Positions 1 through 10,662 of a stretch of 64,000 nucleotides of DNA are shown piece by piece. The notes beneath the pieces were generated by a model. That model did no database searches and had not been told where the DNA came from. It saw only the letters and a list, made by a program, of their open reading frames with translations. The stretch is taken from contig KZ538112.1 of assembly GCA_000934665.2 (NCBI GenBank), positions 1 to 64,000 on the forward strand, read 5' to 3'. This DNA comes from Catajapyx aquilonaris (Eukaryota). Each line of letters opens with the position of its first letter. Position 1 is the stretch's first letter. Made by a program: the position numbers and the translations under genes.

Positions 1-66
1 GATGCACTTTTTTTTAAAGTATATGAACATTACCCAAACATAGTGGCCCGAAGGTGCTGCTATTCC

Positions 67-157
67 CAGGGTAACCTACATGAGTGCCGTCCTCACCCTA
101 GGGTCTCTCTCTAGGGTCCTCTCTAGGGTGGGGGAGGCAACCATGTAGGTTACCCTG
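67..157. mobile_element. 91-bp hAT-type MITE
   Basis: TIRs CAGGGTAACCTACATG / CATGTAGGTTACCCTG; exact 8-bp TSD GCTATTCC at 59-66 and 158-165 (8-bp TSD with CAG termini is typical of hAT). Confidence 0.85.
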
Positions 158-892
158 GCTATTCCCAGTCAGGAATAAGTTCAAATAATAGCTAATCATT
201 CGCGTGACATGAAAATAATAGCTGCGCTGTTTTCGGCCTTCATTCCTGCGTCTTGCGTCGATGTGCGCAGCTGGTGCGCCCTCTGCGCTGTTTGACGCAT
301 GCGCCCTAGTGCAGGAGTCTTGTGCTGCTGCTGCTGCTGCTGCTGGAATAGTGGGAATCGGGTATCGGCTAGAGGGCTGTCCGGCGTGTTCTTTGTTTGT
401 TGTCCTGTTCGGGGTCTTGCCCAGCACACCCGCCACACCGTCCTGTGCAGACAGAGAAGGTGCGTGTATGTACTACAACCCCAAGGGTGTACTGGTCTCA
501 TTTTAGTAGGAAAGGAGTGGGATGAGTGTGGAATGCTGTGGGCAGGTGTCAGTTGGCATGACCAGCAGCCTGGAGAAGGAGGGAAAAAGTGATTGGTGGC
601 CATTCCAGAGCTAAGGAAATCAGCACTGGACAGTGATCAAATTTTACACGTTTTAAGTCTCCACAGGATATGCCAGTGCTCTTGGATCATTCTGGCTTAA
701 TTTTTATGGTAATAAGAGCAGAAACATTCCTTTCCATGAACAATAGGTTAGTAAGACCTCCGTGGCGGAATGAAAGTACTGAAACACGGCAGACGCACGT
801 AAGACCTTCACCAATTGATTTCAGCTGTACCACAGGTCTGACTCAAGCAATTTTGAATTTACTGCATGAAGTCTCCTTTCTGAAAACAATTT

Positions 893-1009
893 GTGGAATT
901 TTCGTTATACCACTACTAGTTACTTCTAACTTAGCAGTACCAGTGTAGTGCAATGGTACTGCTAAATTAGCAGTAACTATAGTTACTAGTAGTACGACGA
1001 AAATTCCAC
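893..1009. repeat. Imperfect palindrome / small MITE
   Basis: GTGGAATTTTCGT...ACGAAAATTCCAC with inner arms TTAGCAGTACCA / TGGTACTGCTAA. Confidence 0.7.
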
Positions 1010-1057
1010 CCATTAATTTTCCATGAGCCACTCCATATTAGTGTTTTCTGAAATTAG

Positions 1058-1150
1058 GAACTTCAATATTAAGCACATTTACTTTCTATATAGGAAGTAA
1101 ATGTGCTTAATATTGAAGTTCTAAAAGAGGTGACGAGGTCCTCTTTTAGA
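1058..1150. repeat. Two adjacent near-perfect hairpins
   Basis: 1058-1121 GAACTTCAATATTAAGCACATTTACTT...AAGTAAATGTGCTTAATATTGAAGTTC (one mismatch); 1120-1150 TCTAAAAGAGG...CCTCTTTTAGA. Confidence 0.85.
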
Positions 1151-1186
1151 TGCGAATTTTAACTCGAATGTTTAATTCTTCACATA

Positions 1187-1718
1187 CAGGGTGTAAATGA
1201 ATTCAGGGGACAAACTTGTAGGGGTAATAGAGGGGATCAAGACAAGTATTTTTGATGTAGGAACCTGTGTCCAGAAACGCCATCTAGAGGGGGTTCATAG
1301 ACAAGGAACGGGTGGTCTCAGAGACATTACGCGGGAGGTGCTAGGCGAGCGGACTGTTTTGTTGCCGGGTTATGGCGTATCGCGTCGTAGTTTGCTTACA
1401 GCGACGCGATCGCCATAACCTGTGGCATTAATTACTCTCCGCGCGTCTCCTAAGAGGCTGACTTTAGTTGCTAGATGGCTCTGCTGTTGCCAGGTTATGG
1501 CACATCACATTGGTGTTTACTAGCCGAGCGCCATCTATCAACAAATAACAGTCCCCTCTCCTAGCTCTTCTCGCCTGACACGTCTGAGCGCACCCGTTCC
1601 TTGTCTATGAACCCCCTCTAGATGGCGTTTCCGGACACGGGTTCCTAGATCAAAAATACTTGTCTTGGTCCCCTCTATTACCCCTACAAGTTTGTCCCCT
1701 GAATTCATTTACTCCCTG
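1187..1718. mobile_element. Tc1/mariner-type MITE (532 bp)
   Basis: TA|CAGGGTGTAAATGAATTCAGGGGACAAACTTGTAGGGGTAATAGAGGGG... and matching ...CCCCTCTATTACCCCTACAAGTTTGTCCCCTGAATTCATTTACTCCCTG|TA; arms >120 bp; TA TSD. Confidence 0.9.
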
Positions 1719-2054
1719 TATAAACGTTAATTGGTGAATTTTAGAGGGTCTTTTTCGATTGGACCAAGTCTGTTAGGATGGGTTTAGTTTTTTTTCCATT
1801 TTTTTTCTTTTCAAAATAAAATCTTACCTACTGCTCTGAGTAGTTTGCAGCAGTAATTTTTACGAGCCGTTCCATGCAGTACTTGAGAATTGCTTGAGTA
1901 AGACCTATGAACCCAATGAAACCTATGAACCCAATGAAACCAATTGGTAAAGGTCTTACGTGTGCCTGCCTTGTTTCAGTACTTTCATTTTGCCATGGAG
2001 GTCGTAATAACCTTTTTTTCACTCGAGGGAATGTTTTTGCTCTTATTTCAGTTC

Positions 2055-3560
2055 TTTTATTAAACCCCTTCGCAAAACCAGATAAACCGCCATCGCCTAG
2101 GTTGTCGCTTACACGTACTCGGAAGACAAGGACAAGATATTTTACAAATAATAACAGCTACGGTGATGTTTGTATCATATCATACTAACGGGGAGGTGTG
2201 GTGGCCGAGATGGTAACGTCTCGGCTTGCTGAGTGAAAGGCCCCAGGTTCGATCCCCGCCTGGGGAAGATTCCTTTCACCTGCGTCAGGAGGGTCTCTGA
2301 CCTGCACCAAGGAGGTGTCTGGCAACCTAACCTCCTGGGGAACAGCACATGACCCATCAGCTACGACATTGCACCTTGCACCCATGTTCCCTCCCCAAAA
2401 ATCCCTACCCTTTCCCATTGTCCCTGTTTCCTTGCACTGGTGAATGAAGCAGAAAATATATGCAGAAAACTGATGGTGGTATGCCACCCACCTATAGCAC
2501 CCATAAGGGTCATCACGGGGTAAACTTAAAAATAAAAATAAAAAATTCTACTAACATGTTTATGCTCTACACTACAGTCTGCACTATGAATGTATTGGAG
2601 ACGACTTTCGTCGCTTAAAAGTCCCTAAAATGATTTTCGCAGAGATAGTCGGAAAAAAAACCCAAATTCGAGTGCTACTAGCCAGCTGTTCGTCTGATTT
2701 AAGGGGGCGCATGAGTAAAAATACGGTAGGCGCATTTTTGAGGGAATTTTATTTTTTGTGGCGAAACGGACGGTTAATCGGAAAAATCACGCCGAAGGTG
2801 CCCTGCGGAAAGGTTTGGCCTTTACTATGGTACCATACTCGATATGATTGCATTAAAATTGTGGACATACGGGCGCCGAAGCGTTCCCGAATTTGTCGCG
2901 TTCCTGCCGCCATGTTATTCAAATGTGCTTTTCGGGAACTCCATTTTCCTTTCACTTCAACTCGATGAAAAGGTCACTTCTAGGCCGAAAATGGGAAAAT
3001 GACACCGAAGGTGCCCTGCGTCAGATCATGTCCTAATTTTTGGTGTAATTTTTGTGTCCATTGCTCCATTTTTGTGGCCGTAAGGCTGCCGAAGCGTGGA
3101 CATGTCGAATCCCCATATGATGTCCATGCAAACGCGAGTTTGTTTACGAAGTCGCCAAGGGCTCGCATTGTTACCGATTGTTACCGTATTATAGAATATA
3201 CGGAATATATACATTGCGAACTGTAGTACCAGACAGATTTGCTGAAATCGTGGTACTTTGCAAGAATTCAATCAATACTTATCTGCAGCTTGCCTCCGTC
3301 ACATCTGAAAACTTCCAAACCTATTTTTAGCGGTTTTAAATTATTCGTGGCGGTTTGAAGTGGAATTGAGTTTAGCTGTAAATGGTAGGAATGCACTTCA
3401 CGACGGTCGGGATCTATGTTCAAAATTTGGAAGCTCGACCTACAGCAGAACTTCAGTTAGGGCGAATAAAAAAGCGTAACAAGAAGAAGAAGATGATGTT
3501 GAAAAAATTCATTGTTGAAAATTGTTGTACGGTCTTACTTAGGGGCTACCGCCCCTAAAA
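2055..3560. mobile_element. Probable Helentron-associated (HINE/DINE-1-like) non-autonomous element, interrupted by a SINE
   Basis: T-run at left boundary; terminal stem-loop TTAGGGGC-TACC-GCCCCTAA (3539-3558) next to an (AAG)n tract; diverged internal ~214-bp duplication (CCGAAGGTGCCCTGCG...GCCGAAGCGT at ~2790 and ~3004). Boundaries approximate. Confidence 0.45.
2190..2548 (+). mobile_element. Full-length tRNA-derived SINE
   Basis: Pol III A box TGGCCGAGATGG (2202-2213), B box GGTTCGATCCC (2246-2256), A-rich tail (~2527-2546), 7-bp TSD TACTAAC at 2183-2189 and 2549-2555; 3' end recurs at ~14555-14623. Confidence 0.85.
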
Positions 3561-3882
3561 TCCCCAATGATGCCTGATTGTTAGAGGGGCATATTGTTCA
3601 GAAGGAGTGGTATTTCATGAAGCGAATGATTTTCCATCACTAGTTACACAGGGACAGGTCCGTACCAATGGGGTAATGTAATGGGGAACTGTGATTTTTG
3701 GTCTGAATTTTTTAATCAGTTTTAGTGGAAAATTGGCAGCTCTAAATCTCAGCCAGCTTCTACAAATTACTTAAATGAATAATTATTCAGCATTTTTGGC
3801 TTCTGTAGCAATTTTATATTTTGTTTCTCAACAATTCTGCAAGTTCCTAGTACCCTCTAGGGCTATTTTACATTCTGTAGTG

Positions 3883-4501
3883 CAGAGGTCTCAAACTTGA
3901 TTTGATAGAGGGACACATCAGCTTGTGTGAACTTTAGTGTGGGCCACGGAAAAGCCCGCCGAAGGAGATTTTTTTGGGGCATGTTCAAGGTCACACAAGC
4001 TTAGGTGAATGTAACTGCCAAAGCACAGTGGAATCCTAAAATTCAAGATGTGCATATTATAAAATACGGAACAGATGCCAAGTTACTAGTCACTTTCAAC
4101 AACATAGGCTCATTCTCACGGGCGACCCTTGGCCAGGAATTCCTGGCCACTACGGAAACGTGGCCAGCGGCTGGCCAGGAATTGAAAGTAACAGTTCACA
4201 TGAGCGACGTTGTTGGGGGACAAGTGAGCATTGTGAGGCGCTTGGGAGGGCCTGCGCATGCATTACTCCTGGCAACCGTGGCTGGCCATCTTCCGGAGCA
4301 TGGCCAGCTCTGCCAGCTTTTCCTGGCTCGGGTGGGGACCTTCCCTTCCTGGCCAAACCTGGCCACTAGCGTGTGAACGGTCTTGGCGACCTTTGGCCAG
4401 GAAACTTCCTGCCCAAAGGTCGCTCATGTGAATGCTCCTAATGAGATAGGACCATGGGGCCGCAATTGGGTTGCCCGCGGGCCACATGTTTGAGACCTCC
4501 G
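3883..4501. mobile_element. hAT-type MITE with nested insertion
   Basis: TIRs CAGAGGTCTCAAAC / GTTTGAGACCTCCG; exact 8-bp TSD CTGTAGTG (3875-3882, 4502-4509); subterminal GGGCC(A/G)C motifs. Confidence 0.88.
4106..4439. mobile_element. Harbinger/Tourist-like MITE nested in the hAT MITE
   Basis: Imperfect TIRs AGGCTCATTCTCACGGGCGACCCTT vs reverse complement AGGAGCATTCACATGAGCGACCTTT; internal repeated TGGCCAGGAA units. Confidence 0.6.
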
Positions 4502-4575
4502 CTGTAGTGGGAAAATATTTAACCATTCATGACTATAAAAGCTCACATTTTCACATCTCAGAGAACAGAATGTAA

Positions 4576-4737
4576 AGGTTCGTTTACATGTGAGCGATTT
4601 GATGAGCGAAATCTTTGCTGTGGATGGGTAACCCAAGTAACTGATATTGTTTGAGGCGAAAATCGATTGTTAATTTCAGCCTCGGCGAAGATTTTGCTCC
4701 TCTTTGCTCGTCAAATCGCTCGCATGTAAATGCACCT
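4576..4737. mobile_element. Harbinger/Tourist-like MITE (162 bp)
   Basis: TAA|AGGTTCGTTTACATGTGAGCGATTTGA ... TCAAATCGCTCGCATGTAAATGCACCT|TAA; 3-bp TAA TSD. Confidence 0.8.
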
Positions 4738-4986
4738 TAAAATTGTAAACTGTTTTTTCAAATTTGCATGAAATATTGCTAGAACTGTCTCGAACTCAAT
4801 TTATTGTGGTAAACAAAAACATCTTCCAGGAAAATTTTGATGGGGTTATTATTTTCTAGTAGGTGATTTTGCATTAAGGTCCAGACCGTGGCCCCAATGA
4901 TGTGTTGCCTCGGTTCAGTGATGCTGGGATTAAAGGATGATAATTTTCACGGTGCTAATTAACTAACATTTCTCGTTACAGCTGAA

Positions 4987-5247
4987 ATGGCTGAGAGTGA
5001 TCCTCCTAGCAGCAAAAAAATCAAGCTAGAAGAAGATGTAGAGGCAGAAGAGACTAAACTGGATATAAGCGAGGATTGGAGGGCCCGAGTGAAAGAAGAG
5101 GAGACTGATGGACAGACAAGTGGAGGAGATAAGCCGTCAAACCCGTCAACTAGTCAGGCATCAGGTGATTTTATCCTGAGGATTGAAAAAGAGTCATCAG
5201 ATGCAAAGGAAGGAGGTACCACTACTTCTGGTGGTGGTGGTGACCAG
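4987..5247 (+). CDS. N-terminal coding exon of the pRiA4b-ORF3-domain gene (join 4987..5247,11026..11613; 282 aa)
   Basis: Acceptor TTACAG ending 4981, ATG 4987, donor CAG|GTGAGG at 5248 (phase 0, matching the 11026 acceptor). Encodes MAESDPPSSKKIKLEE...RVKEEE, acidic/low complexity with an NLS-like KKIK and psi-K-x-E motifs. The link between the two exons is inferred from strand and phase. Confidence 0.7.
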
Positions 5248-6394
5248 GTGAGGCATAATTATGCTCCGACATTAGTTCGCAAATAAGCACTGCTGAATTT
5301 TAAATTAAATGAGGTGTATATGAAAGGTAATGCTAATAATTTTTAGGTAGGCCTGTATTCCTCCTGTGTTATTTTGCAGTACCGGTATGTTTGAAAGCAA
5401 TAATACATCATGCTCCACTTGAGGTGTCAATTTTGGTTAGCAGTACAGCGAGTAACCTGACTTACATAACTACTATTTCTTTTACCATGCAGTCAGTGCT
5501 GTACCAGTATCCATTCACTTATTCATGCTGACAGTGACTGCTTGCCTGCTATGACCCAAGTCTGCTTTTAAACTGCTTGGAAAATATTGCTGTATTTGAG
5601 GGCCTCTCAAGTTCCACTGTAGTTTGCTACCTAGATGTTATGTAGGGGAAAGCAAAAAGGAAGGCAAGACCAAGTATGCAATACCACAGTAGTTACAAAG
5701 CAAGGGAGAATAATATTTAATCCAACTGTAATGGAAAATAGTCACATTAACCATTTGTCAGGAGTCTGCAGTTTTGTACCCATTTCCTGTGGCTACCAAG
5801 CTGTATCTACTCAATGTCCACTGTGGCAAGCCTGATGTAATCTTCATTTTTTCATGTCACTGGCTGTGGTGCTGGATACAAGGCCATCCGTTCTCCTTTC
5901 TGATGGGACAACAATCCTTTTACTCCAATATTAGCAGCTAACATTTTGGTAGCCTATTTCTAAAACGGCATGGTCAGTTATTTGCAAACACAGATGTTGA
6001 AGAAAATGTTGATTTTTTGTTGCATTGTTGATGCTCTTTGTGCCAAGTCAAACATTGCTGTGGCATGGCAGTGTCTGGTTTGAATACAAGTAAAGGCGTG
6101 TTTACGCACTCACGAAGTGAGCCAAGTTCGCACGAGAAGGCGCTTTGCGAACGAGAAAAGGAGGTTGCCCTTGGTTTTCTCATACGAGTTCCAGCACATG
6201 CGACCATATCTGTTTGGGAGAGGTTTTCTCGTCTTGGAAAGCAGGAATTCGTATCCATTGCTCCCCCGCTTTCCCCCTCCTTCCACTTCACCTGGGCCAA
6301 TCCGAGCCTTCCCCCTCTGCCAACTCTCCATAACATGAACGGGAAAGGCGCGCGCACACATGAATTTGACTTGAACAACCGCCCCCATCATTTC

Positions 6395-6580
6395 GGAACC
6401 AATCAGCGTCCCAGTAGAGCGTGTACTTTTCCCTCCATCCAAGATGGCTGCAACTGAGAAGTACAGCAAAGGAGCTCGGAAGGCAGGAGGAAAGTGGGTC
6501 TACAGTGACTCGCATTTATCCTATTGCAAGACCGCCTTCCCCCACCTCTATCGTCATCGGAACCGATCGGAACCAATCAC
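6395..6580 (+). promoter_or_regulatory. Putative internal promoter of the Harbinger MADF gene
   Basis: GC-rich segment upstream of ATG 6618 with two CCAAT boxes (6399-6403, 6573-6577) and a YY1-like CAAGATGGCTGC (6440-6451). Motif-only support. Confidence 0.35.
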
Positions 6581-6617
6581 AGTCCGGGTAGAGCCTCCCC
6601 GTGTCCAGTCCTACTCC

Positions 6618-9600
6618 ATGTCCAAGATGGGTCCAAAAAAGAAGGAAGTTGCGAAAGAGCGCGCAGAGGCGAGGAGGGTGGTAGCAGAGAAGAAAGGCAA
6701 ACTTATCACGGTGGTGCAGGCCCGACCCGCCATATGGGACAAGGGCCGGAAAGACCATCGGGATCGGGAGCTGGTTGAGGCCTTGTGGGACGAAGTGGTG
6801 GAGGCCATGGGCTCTATGACCAGTAGGTTTTTCCTAAGCACTCATGCTTGGTACCATCTTCTGCACTGTGTGGTTTCTGAGTTCTCTAGGAGAGGGGGAG
6901 AAGGCCTGAGCAGCACTTGTACAGTGGTGGAAATCAATGGGAAAGCACAAGCATCACGTCCTGGTGGAGTTTTCTCTGTACATGAAGCAGCTGTACTATG
7001 TGCAGGGAAAACTTCTCCAAGAAGTTGACTTGTGCTTCTCCATTAATTTCCACCACTGTACAGCCTCGACCTGATCTAGTTGTTAAAGTTGCTTGTATTG
7101 TTACAAGTAGTTGTACTATACACACGCATATGCGAGAGGTAATGTTACAACTTTTAACTTGCTGTGATGAATGGGCACGCTTACTACAAAGTGGTATTTT
7201 TAAACAAATTGAAAGTTAATTTCAGTGGTGAGGAATGGACAATATAACCACAACAGTTGCCGAACACTCACATTTTCAGTTTATTCAATTGGAGTCTGGT
7301 GGAAAGTACAAGGGCTAGTCGGAAAATAAGCTTTATGATAGTACAGTTTCGATGCCATACGACGGACAGGGTAAAGACGAGCATGGGCAGGTACACTGAT
7401 ACTTGCTCTACTTTAAGGCCCATTCACACAGGCCGTCGACGGTTTTGATTTTGGTTTTGGTTTTAGTGTAGGACCAATCAGAGCGGGCCCTCACGGTAAC
7501 CATGACGCGTTGTTTGCGTGAGGGCCCGCTCTGATTGGTCCAAAACCAAAACCATCGACGGCCTGTGTGAATGGGCCTTTATAGGATGGGTAGGTGCCTT
7601 CTTGCAGCCAATGCGCAGGCACGGCAGCTGTCGGCCGACACTGACTGGCGAGCCGAGCGTGCTCGCCACATTCCGCCAGGAAATGTCATGCCAGGCAGAG
7701 AGTGTTGGTCACATGGACTCTCCGTCTGCCATGACTTTTCCTGGTGGCATACGGGTGGGCACACTCGGCTCGCGACTTGGTCTCGTCCAACAGCTGCCAG
7801 GTCTGTGCATAAGCAGCAAGAAGACACTGGCTCATCCTATAGTATAAAGTAGGATCAACGTATCTGCTCATGCTTGTCTTACCCTGTCTGTCGCATGGCA
7901 TCGAAAGTGTAACATAGCGAAACTTATTACTTTTGTACTAGCCCTCTTTGCAACACCTCTGTTTCTGAGCCAGTGATGCCTCATGCTTACAGATTATTCA
8001 TACGTAACTTATCTGACCTAACCCAGTTGACATTTGGGAAACTTACCTTTAATTCGGTAGTAGATGTACTTGAAACTTACATGAGACTAATTGCAATTCT
8101 CTAAATAATGTCAGAGGCAGAATGCAAATCAGCATGGAGGAACCTAGTGGATATACACAGGAAAGTCCACCAGCAAGTGAGCACAGAGAAGAGTGGGCAG
8201 GCATATGTGGCCCCCCCAAAGTGGCAGTATTATGATGCCATGTCATTCCTGCGAGGACGCGCCGAAAACAGGGAGTGAGTATCACTACCATTATGTTATG
8301 GGTGCCCAATGCAATTGTTTGCAATAGTTTTGCAATAGTTTATCGAGTCAATTTTCCACAGTTGTGATACATCAATATTTCGCAAGCTTGGAAAAATTTC
8401 TAAATTCTGGAATTCATTCCGCCAATAATGCAGTCATGATAATTTTATGGCTCAGTTGCATTACAATAATTGCAGATAAACATTTAACTGTAGTGCAAAG
8501 ATGGTCAAGTAATTATGAACTGTAAGCTTAATATTGAATCCCTCTTTCATGGTTTAGAACTTCAGGGAATGAAGTGTTCCCCATGCCGCATTCAAGGGAA
8601 GAACTCGTGACTATAGCTATAGCCGACATCGACTGTGGACATACTGAAGAACCAGACATGTACGCCGACAATCCCCTGACAGCGGAAGACCCCCTGACAG
8701 CCGACGACCCCCTGACAGCCGACGACCCCCTGACAGCCGACGATCCTTTGTCACCCCACACACATGACATTGCATCCCTTTCTTCCACACCCACTGCATC
8801 CTGTTCTTCCACACCCACCATACCGCTTTCCCCAAACGCAACACAGACTCCCCACAGTGTTGAACCTCAAAAGAAGAAGAAGAAGAGGATGGAGGGAATT
8901 GCCAAGACCTCTGCATCACAAAAGTCAGCCCTGCCAACGTCTGCATCGACAACTTCTGCATCGACAACTTCTCTACTGCCGATGTCTACGTCAGTGGATG
9001 ATGTGATGATTCGAACATTGCAGGATATTCGTGCGTATGTAAAATGAAAAGCTACAGTATATCGTCCCCTCCCCCTCCCCCCCATGAAGTAAAGTAACAT
9101 ACAAACTGGGACGTCATTACGAGCCATTATTTCGTCCAATTACCACCTGAAAATTGCCAGTCATGCTGCAATCTTGCATCCAAAACAGGTGGCAGTACAT
9201 TGTAATTTTTTCTGATGCTGGGAAAGTCATTGTGAATGTGACAATGCTAGGGATCATATACTACATAAGAGGCACAAACATTCGATTTCCGCGTCTCTCT
9301 GTTTGGGGCGTTGCCAAGGCTGGCGGCCATTTTGAAGTGCGGGGAAAGCCAACGAGGTATAAATAGGGTACAGGCAAAAATAGGGTCCGCCATCTTTGAT
9401 TCCCGCGTGTTCTTGCCGTGTAGTTGCCATGGCCGCCAAAACCGTCAAAGATGGCGGACCCTATTTTTGCCTGTACCCTATTTATACCTCGTTGGCGTTC
9501 CCCACACTTCAAAATGGCCGCCAGCCTTGGCAACGGCCCCAAACAGAGAGACGCGAGCATCAAAGGCGCCGACAGAAGTTTGCGCCTCTTATGTAGTATA

Positions 9601-9829
9601 TGCTCCCTGACAATTCTATAAGGAGTCATAATCTGTTTTACCCTATATTGAGTCATCACAACAATTTATGTTCCCTTTCAGGCGACTAAGTAAGAAGCCA
9701 TCCGACTTCAGCAGATTGTCACACTACCTCGAGGGCTATTACACTAAATGGTCTGACAGCAGCAAGGAGGCGTTCGAGCATGCCGTTGTCAGATTAGCCT
9801 GGGACATCCACAAAGCTGACGGAAAATAA
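6618..9829 (+). CDS. MADF (Myb/SANT-like) DNA-binding protein of the Harbinger element, 329 aa; join(6618..6822,8115..8274,8558..9034,9682..9829)
   Basis: Three GT-AG introns with matching phases (1,2,2) give one open frame: LITVVQARPAIWDKGRKDHRDRELVEALWDEVVEAM-...-ECKSAWRNLVDIHRK...SGQ...KWQYYDAMSFL...RETSGN (MADF signature), then a S/T/P-rich linker with KKKKKR and a short helical C-terminal tail; stop TAA 9827-9829 overlaps AATAAA. Confidence 0.88.
6922..7058. mobile_element. Tc1/mariner-type MITE in MADF intron 1
   Basis: TA|CAGTGGTGGAAAT...ATTTCCACCACTG|TA, palindromic throughout. Confidence 0.85.
7311..7945. mobile_element. Diverged foldback element in MADF intron 1, interrupted by a younger MITE
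   Basis: AGGGCTAGT...ACTAGCCCT ends; arms align in inverted orientation (TTTCGATGCCATACGACGGACAGGGTAA vs TTACCCTGTCTGTCGCATGGCATCGAAA) and symmetry resumes after removing 7416-7581. Confidence 0.7.
7416..7578. mobile_element. Harbinger/Tourist-like MITE (163 bp)
   Basis: TTA|AGGCCCATTCACACAGGCCGTCGA...TCGACGGCCTGTGTGAATGGGCCT|TTA; perfect 24-bp TIR, TTA TSD. Confidence 0.9.
8664..8750 (+). repeat. In-frame 18-bp coding minisatellite (PLTADD x~4) in MADF exon 3
   Basis: CCCCTGACAGCCGACGAC-type units repeated about four times. Confidence 0.85.
9259..9598. mobile_element. Palindromic MITE in MADF intron 3
   Basis: TA|TACTACATAAGAGG...CCTCTTATGTAGTA|TA; ~140-bp near-identical arms including AACGAGGTATAAATAGGGTACAGGCAAAAATAGGGTCCGCCATCTTTGA and its complement. 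Confidence 0.88.
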
Positions 9830-10213
9830 ATGTCCAGACTCAAGAACTTACTCACAAGTATTCATTATTTACAATATACAGTAGAATCTCCTTAATCTTA
9901 ACTCTAAATAGTAACAAAATGCCAAGGTCAGGTCTCACACAAAGGTCTGGACCATTTGTTGGTTTCCAACTTCTGCTGACTCTAAAAAGTACATGCATAT
10001 GAACATTAATGATCTAACAGGACAAAGCTCACGAATTAAATAAATAACATAGTTATGTGTAGTTTAGTAGGTCTTATAGGTTTAATAGTAGTGGTTCACA
10101 ACAATGAAAATACACTGTGTAGCAGTAGGTCATGCTTGACACTCCACTCAAAATACAAGTTGGCCTCTAAAAATCAGGCAGAAAATCCTGATTCCGAGAA
10201 TGCGATCCGTTTA

Positions 10214-10345
10214 GGGGTCGTCCATATACCACGTGACCGATTTTTGGCCACTTTTTGACCCCCCCCCTCCCCCCCCAGTGACCGACCGTGGTATCCATTG
10301 GAACCTCCCCCCCCCCTCCCCCCTTTTTTTCACGTGATTTTTTAA
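10214..10345. mobile_element. Solo left end of a Harbinger-like MITE
   Basis: TTA|GGGGTCGTCCATATACCACGTGACC followed by C-runs; no matching right end seen, consistent with loss in the deletion that removed the transposase. Confidence 0.45.
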
Positions 10346-10456
10346 AAATGTCAATGTTATCAGAAAAAACGCGATCGAAATTGATAGCTCCTCAACTAAA
10401 CTGGGCAGGAAATTAACTTTTGCAGATATCTATATGCGTGGTATTGAAAAAATTAC

Positions 10457-10662
10457 CTACGTGATTGTGGAACTGACCCAGCTCCATCCTCTTCTGCCAC
10501 AGTTATATACACTCCATATCTCCGCTTCCGTCGATGCTTCCGAGGGGCCTCTTGCTGGGCCTGTAGTGCCACATGCCTCTGCTGCAGCCTCCTCCGGTAC
10601 AAGTACCACAATAGGAGGAGGTCAGGCTCTAGCTGCTGCAACTCCAGCTGAAGTCCAGCCAT
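10457..10662 (-). pseudogene. Frameshifted N-terminal stub of Harbinger transposase
   Basis: MAGLQLELQQLEPDLLLLWYLYRRR...RKHRRKRRYGVY then, after a frameshift in a TATA run (~10505), LWQKRMELGQFHNHV. This resembles the RRRxWVxPxxxxRxxxGxFHxL N-terminus of Harbinger transposases; no DDE core is visible. Confidence 0.65.

Larger units (their letters stand above)
716..2042. mobile_element. Long-TIR non-autonomous DNA transposon (possibly Sola3-like) carrying nested elements
   Basis: ~160-bp diverged inverted repeats (~711-870 vs ~1870-2047; shared GAAAGTACTGAAAC, CACGTAAGACCTT, ACTCAAGCAATT). Termini GAG...CTC flanked by ATAA/TTAT, each one mismatch from TTAA. Right arm has an 18-bp tandem duplication (ACCTATGAACCCAATGAA x2, ~1904-1940). 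Superfamily is inference. Confidence 0.65.

Noticed and set aside
98..603. Minus-strand ORFs with poly-Q or poly-A
   Set aside because: Produced by a (CTG)n microsatellite in GC-rich sequence; no recognisable domain.
2190..2265. Functional tRNA gene
   Set aside because: A and B boxes are present but no convincing acceptor stem; it continues into a body, A tail and TSD, so it is a SINE head.
8664..8750. CRISPR-like array
   Set aside because: Head-to-tail 18-bp coding repeat with no unique spacers; no CRISPR structure seen anywhere in the window.
9254..9659. Cluster of overlapping ORFs on both strands with near-identical peptides (also at 670-2022, 17548-17916, 41217-41654, 61098-61428)
   Set aside because: Artefacts of palindromic MITEs, which read similarly on both strands.
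9930..9985. Possible terminal exon of the Harbinger transposase on the minus strand
   Set aside because: An acceptor-like TTTTTAG is present, but the short peptide shows no transposase motif.
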